A DNA stretch of 64,000 nucleotides from Macrostomum lignano. Taxonomy: Eukaryota. How positions within the stretch are numbered: position 1 is the stretch's first letter; every line of letters starts with the position of its first letter. The notes beneath the pieces were generated by a model, which was given only the letters and a program-made list of their open reading frames with translations, made no database searches and was not told the origin of the DNA. The stretch spans positions 1-64,000 of the forward strand of contig NIVC01000967.1 in NCBI GenBank assembly GCA_002269645.1, in the 5' to 3' direction. The position numbers and the translations under genes were made by a program. Of the stretch, positions 59,366 through 64,000 are shown piece after piece.

Positions 59366-59520
59366 AGACCTGTCATAGTGTCTTTATGCCTTGGCTGACC
59401 TGTCCTAGTGTGTCATGGCTGACCTGTCCTTGTGTGTCATGGCTGACCTGTCCTAGTGTGTCTTTGCTGACCTGTCCTTGTGTGTCATGGCTGACCTGTC
59501 CTAGTGTGTCTTTGCTGACT
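59366..59520 (-). repeat. Inverted copy (~6 units) of the ADAP1 intron-2 24-bp satellite
   Basis: GCTGACCTGTCCTTGTGTGTC is the reverse complement of GACACACAAGGACAGGTCAGC. Confidence 0.9.
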
Positions 59521-59669
59521 CTACTGTTACACATTGCTTGAAAATATTTAGGTAAAGTTTAGGAAAAGTTTAGGTTTGTGAAACTACTAAAGCACTGTTC
59601 CAGTCAGAAGAACGCTTGAATCAATGGAAGAAGACAGCCGGCCATTGAAACACGGCAGCTGTCAGAGCC

Positions 59670-62055
59670 TCAGATCTTAGTGAGCAGGCGGCAGGATGAC
59701 GAAGCGTCAACCTTGCTGCTGTCCTCCTCGGCGTTAACAGACTTGACAACGTTGTCCACAACGTGCATAGAGAACCGGCGACAGCGGACGCTGCCAAGAA
59801 CGGCTGTCAGATCGATGTCCATGCCCAGGGCTTTGGCGAACTCGGCCCGACTGTCGGCTAGCATCAGCACCTGGCAGTTTGGAATTGATTTAGGAAGTTT
59901 TAAAACTATCATTTCTACTTACAGTAGCGTACAAAGCCTTTCACCTAACTTTAATCACTCAATGCTCGATTTTTAATAACAAATTGGTGCAGAATAAGGA
60001 ATAATATTCTCGAAGAGCCACGACCTCTGGTTCGACTCCCCCCTCAGGCACAGAGAATGTACATGCCTGACGATTAGAAAGTCGGGGCCGCTGTACGAAC
60101 TGTGTCTGCGTACAGCAGGGGCTGGCAAACTTTTTTTACCTGAAGCGACCAGATAAAGAATCTGGATCATTGCTGCGGGCCGGATGAGACAGGAAAGCAC
60201 AGGGCCGGGCGATAGAAAAGGAAAGAAGAGATGAAAGATGACAGAAGAGAGGAGAGATGAGTGTTATGATGAGAGAAGTTGAGAGGAGAGAAAAGACAGG
60301 AGAGCAGAGCAGAGGAGATCAGAGCAGAGAGGAGAGGAAAAGGAGAAGAGAGGAGAGGAGAGGAGAGAGGAGATGAGAGGAGGGAGGAGAGGAGAGGAGA
60401 GGAAAAGGAGAAGAGAGCAGAGCAGAGGAGATCAGAGCAGAGAGGAGAGGAAGGGAGAGGAGTAGAGGGTAGGACTAGGAGAGGAGAGGAGAGAGGAGAT
60501 GAGAGGAGAGAGGAGAGGAGAGGAGATGAAAAGGAGAAGAGAGGAGAGGAGAGGAGAGAGGAGAGGAGAGGAGATGAAAAGGAGAAGAGAGGAGATGAGA
60601 GGAGAGAGGAGAGGAGAGGAGATGAAAAGGAGAAGAGAGATGAGAGGAGAGAGGAGAGGAGAGGGGAGGAAAAGGATAAGAGAGGAGAGGAGAGGGAAGG
60701 AAAAGGATAAGAGAGGAGAGGAGAGGAGAGAGGAGATGAGAGGAGAGAGGAGATGAGAGGAGAGAGGAGAGGAGAGGAGATGAAAAGGAGAAGAGAGGAG
60801 AGGAGAGGAGAGAGGAGAGGAGAGGAGATGAAAAGGAGAAGAGAGGAGATGAGAGGAGAGAGGAGAGGAGAGGAGATGAAAAGGAGAAGAGAGGAGATGA
60901 GAGGAGAGATGAGAGGAGAGGGGAGGAAAAGGATAAAAGAGGAGAGGAGAGGAGAGAGGAGATGAGAGGAGAGAGGAGATGAGAGGAGAGAGGAGAGGAG
61001 AGGAAAAGGAGAAGAGAGGAGAGGAGAGGAGAGAGGAGAGGAGAGGAAAAGGAGAAGAGAGGAGAGAAGAGGAGAGAGGAGATGAGAGGAGAGAGGAGAG
61101 GAGAGGAAAAGGAGAAGAGAGGAGAGAAGAGGAGAGAGGAGATGAGAGGAGAGAGGAGAGGAGAGGAGAGGAAAAGGAGAAGAGAGCAGAGCAGAGGAGA
61201 TCAGAGCAGAGAGGAGAGGAAGGGAGAGGAGGAGAGGGTAGGACTAGGAGAGGAGAGGAGAGAGGAGAGGAGAGGAAAAGGAGGAGAGAGGAGAGAAGAG
61301 GAGAGAGGAGAGAAGAGGAGAGAGGAGATGAGAGGAGAGAGGAGAGGAGAGGAAAAGGAGAAGAGAGGAGAGGAGAGGAGAGAGGAGATGAGAGGAGAGA
61401 GGAGAGGAGAGGAGAGGAGAGAGGAGAGGAGAGGAGATGAGAGGAGAGAGGAGAGGAGAGGAAAAGGAGAAGAGAGGAGAGGAGAGGAGAGAGGAGATGA
61501 GAGGAGAGGGGAAAGGAAAGGAGAGGAAAGCGTGGAGAACTGAGAAGGGAAACTTACCCTGAGGGAGCCGGGTTGCTATTCTAAAGTTTCAAAAGACCTG
61601 AGGGCTGGACAGAGGCTTCCCGGTCGAAAGTTTGCCGACTCCTGGCTTACAGTGTTGGCGCGCTTGCATGTGCTCAGGAGTGAGCGGAATGGGCAGAATT
61701 GCCGTCAGCGCCGCTTGTGGGCTGCTAATAAGGCATAATTATGAATATTATCATGAGTCAAGCAACTAACCTTGTCACCAGATCCCAGGGCGCCAGCCCA
61801 GGCGGCCATCACGAACGGATCGTTAACAGCCACGCAGATCACCAGGTTGACACCTTTGGCTTTGAGCTTGTCAAAGTCGGCTACAAAGCCGGGCAGGTGG
61901 CTGCTGTGGCAGGTCGGCGTGAAAGCCCCGGGGACGCCGACAATGACAACCGACTTGCCGGCGCAGAGCTCGTCAATGCGGACCGGCTTGTTAGGAGCGC
62001 CGTCGAACAGAGTGACCTGCGGCAGTCGGTCGCCTGGCTTCACTTGGCTGGTCAT
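59670..62055 (-). CDS. PRDX5: Peroxiredoxin-5 (161 aa); exons 62055-61771, 59870-59670
   Basis: VKPGDRLP, VPGAFTPTC (peroxidatic Cys), HLPGF, AVNDPFVM..W, LAD, RFSM..VDNVVK. The intron is phase 0 and GT-AG. Confidence 0.94.
60015..60115 (+). mobile_element. Diverged copy of the tRNA-SINE family, 5' part; the 3' part resumes at 61645-61705 after the hAT insertion
   Basis: B box GGTTCGACTCC at 60029-60039. TGTACATGCC and GGGCCGCTGTAC are shared with 25404-25766, and CGCGCTTG..GCGGAATGGGCAG is shared after the insertion. Confidence 0.65.
60116..61644. mobile_element. Non-autonomous hAT element containing a ~1.3-kb almost pure-purine tract
   Basis: TIRs CAGGGGCTGGCAAACTTT (60116-60133) and AAAGTTTGCCGACTCCTG (61627-61644) match at 15/18. 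The 8-bp TSD is GCGTACAG / GCTTACAG (7/8). Confidence 0.8.
60215..61545. repeat. GAGAG-type polypurine low-complexity tract
   Basis: Almost exclusively A/G on the + strand. Confidence 0.97.
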
Positions 62056-62984
62056 GGCTGTTTAGCTTAGCTGAAGTGGCAGAAATTTGCACATCAATTA
62101 GGTAGTTAAGTTTGCATAGCAGCCTGTTAGCCCCGGAGACACGCAGTCATGCCCAAGCGCAAGCTGTTTGTACAACAGGCAACAAATCAATGACGCGAGA
62201 GTCAGCTGTTCGATTTCCACTACAGATACTAAAATAACTAGATGGGCCACTCAGGCAAATATATTTAGTAAAACAGCTTTCTACTTTCAGTTCAGTAGCA
62301 AAGAAGAATACATAAGCTATTTTATAAAAATAAAGACAATTGAAACAACTTTGATAAGTTTAGAAGCCCAAGCTTGCAGGCAGGCGTAAACAACTTGCTA
62401 ATTGGTTCAGCAATAATGTACATAAGCCTGTCCACTGAAATGTACATTGCAGCTTTAGGCTGGAATTCCCAGAAAGGCAGTAAAGATTGGGGCGTGGGTA
62501 GTGTGGAAAGGCGCTGTTGGAGGGTTAAGACTGAGGGATAAAAGCCAATAAATGAGCCTTGGCTTTAAAAATACATTAAAATGCATCTTTTTAACTTACT
62601 ACTGAACTGAAAGTAGCTTACACGCAAATTTACTGAGTGGCGCATCCAGTCATTCTAGTATCTGTGGTCCCCACCGAAATTATAATTTATTTAGTTCGAA
62701 TTTCTTTATATCTTGTATATAAACAAGCATAACATTCGTAAGATAGCAAAATTTCTTAATGAGTAGTATATGACGTAAAATATTCAACCTGGTTTGTGTT
62801 AGGAGCAAGTAAGGCACGAGACGATCTTTATTATAAAATCTGCAAAAAAATCTGAAAAATTGAGCAAAAATACAGAATTAATCTCGTAGAAATCTGGAAG
62901 ACAAAAATGTTGATTTGAAAAAAGTATAGGCAGTAAACACTCTAATTAAGCATATGGAATGGCCTTGAATATTCAACTGTCGAT

Positions 62985-63388
62985 GGTCTAAAGTATTCAG
63001 CTGTCTATGGCCTAGAGTATTCACCAGTCTATGACCTAGATTATTCACCAGTCTATGGCCTAGAGTATTCACCAGTCTATGGCCTAGAGTATTCACCAGT
63101 CTATGGCCTAGAGTATTCACCAGTCTATGGCCTAGAGTATTCACCAGTCTATGGCCTAGAGTATTCACCAGTCTATGGCCAAGAGTATTCACCTGTCTAT
63201 GGCGATGGCCTAGTTAGAGTATTCACCTGTCTATGGCATAGACTATTCAGCTGTCTATGGCCTAGAATATTCACCTGTCTATGGCATAGAGTATTCACCA
63301 GTCTATGGCCTAGAGTATTCAGCTGTCTATGGCCTAGAGTATTCAGCTGTCTATGGCCTAGAGTATTCAGCTGTCTATGGCCTAGCGT
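62985..63388. repeat. 24-bp minisatellite AGAGTATTCACCAGTCTATGGCCT
   Basis: Visible array. Confidence 0.94.
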
Positions 63389-63537
63389 TAAAACAACATT
63401 TCTAAGTAAAAAATAATACAAAATAGACGCTCGAAATGTTAATAATGAACTGGTAAAATGAAAAATAGACAAGATCCGATAATACGAGATTCAGCAGTTT
63501 GGCTACAGACAGAAGCAAAAAAACACAATATGAATTG

Positions 63538-63843
63538 TCACAGGTAGCTCAGCCCATCCAGAGCATTGAGAAGATTGCGCCAAACTGGCCAAGTACGACG
63601 ACTACGCCAATTCCCAACGCAACCAACTAGAGGTTGAAATACGAAAACTCCGTTTTGCCCATCAACATCGGGGCCAAGCTGGCGAAGCTGCTCGACGCTC
63701 TCGGGCTGCTCTAAGCACCACAATATGAGCAGGTCAGGGCGATAGCGAGCGGCGTCGGTCACCAGGCGAATTGAACTGCTATAGAATTCGTCATCAGCAT
63801 CAGCCTCGCTACTAAGCAGGCAGACTACAGCGCCGATGCTTTC
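63538..63843 (-). CDS. Probable terminal exon of an unidentified gene continuing beyond the window
   Basis: Pyrimidine-rich acceptor CTCTCCCCAATCTGCAG, then an open, GC-richer frame ESIGAVVCLLSSEADADDEFY...ARYRPDLLILW...NALDGLSYL-stop. No family recognised. Confidence 0.6.
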   Translation of the reverse strand, partial: ESIGAVVCLLSSEADADDEFYSSSIRLVTDAARYRPDLLILWCLEQPESVEQLRQLGPDVDGQNGVFVFQPLVGCVGNWRSRRTWPVWRNLLNALDGLSYL

Positions 63844-63904
63844 CTGCAGATTGGGGAGAGAAGTGGTTGTGAGACTAGCGGTGAGATCGGGGGGAGGGCG
63901 GGTA

Positions 63905-64000
63905 CTAACTTGATTAGAGGACGGGAACTGGCTTGATTAGAGACAGGGTACTGGCTTGATTAGAGACAGGGTGTTGGCTTGATTAGAGACAGGGTGCTGG
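63905..64000. repeat. ~23-bp repeat (GGCTTGATTAGAGACAGGG) running off the window end
   Basis: Visible; probably intronic in the last gene. Confidence 0.8.

Noticed and set aside
60279-61543. Arg/Glu/Gly-rich ORFs
   Set aside because: Translations of the polypurine tract inside the PRDX5 intron.

Overview
Eukaryotic genomic DNA: GC-rich exons, GT-AG introns, no prokaryotic features. Ten spliced protein-coding genes form two convergent blocks. On the + strand are FoxN2/3 (5'-partial), folliculin, a Josephin deubiquitinase, xylosyltransferase, TAF2 and an orphan rhodopsin-like GPCR. On the - strand are ABHD11, ADAP1/centaurin-alpha, PRDX5 and the last exon of an unidentified gene. Roughly 40% of the window (hand estimate) is tandem repeat, and most introns and intergenic gaps carry their own minisatellite. 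The style suggests a free-living flatworm such as Macrostomum, which is inference only. Most interesting: (1) the folliculin first coding exon has no ATG and needs exactly one AUG in phase 0, which a flatworm spliced leader could supply; (2) in two neighbouring gene pairs, the upstream gene's probable 3' UTR holds an inverted copy of the downstream gene's intronic minisatellite, once including a splice acceptor and 24 nt of exon; (3) nested mobile elements with visible TIRs/TSDs; (4) a PRDX5 lacking the canonical resolving Cys. All coordinates and alignments were worked out by eye, and family assignments rest on recalled motifs, not database searches.
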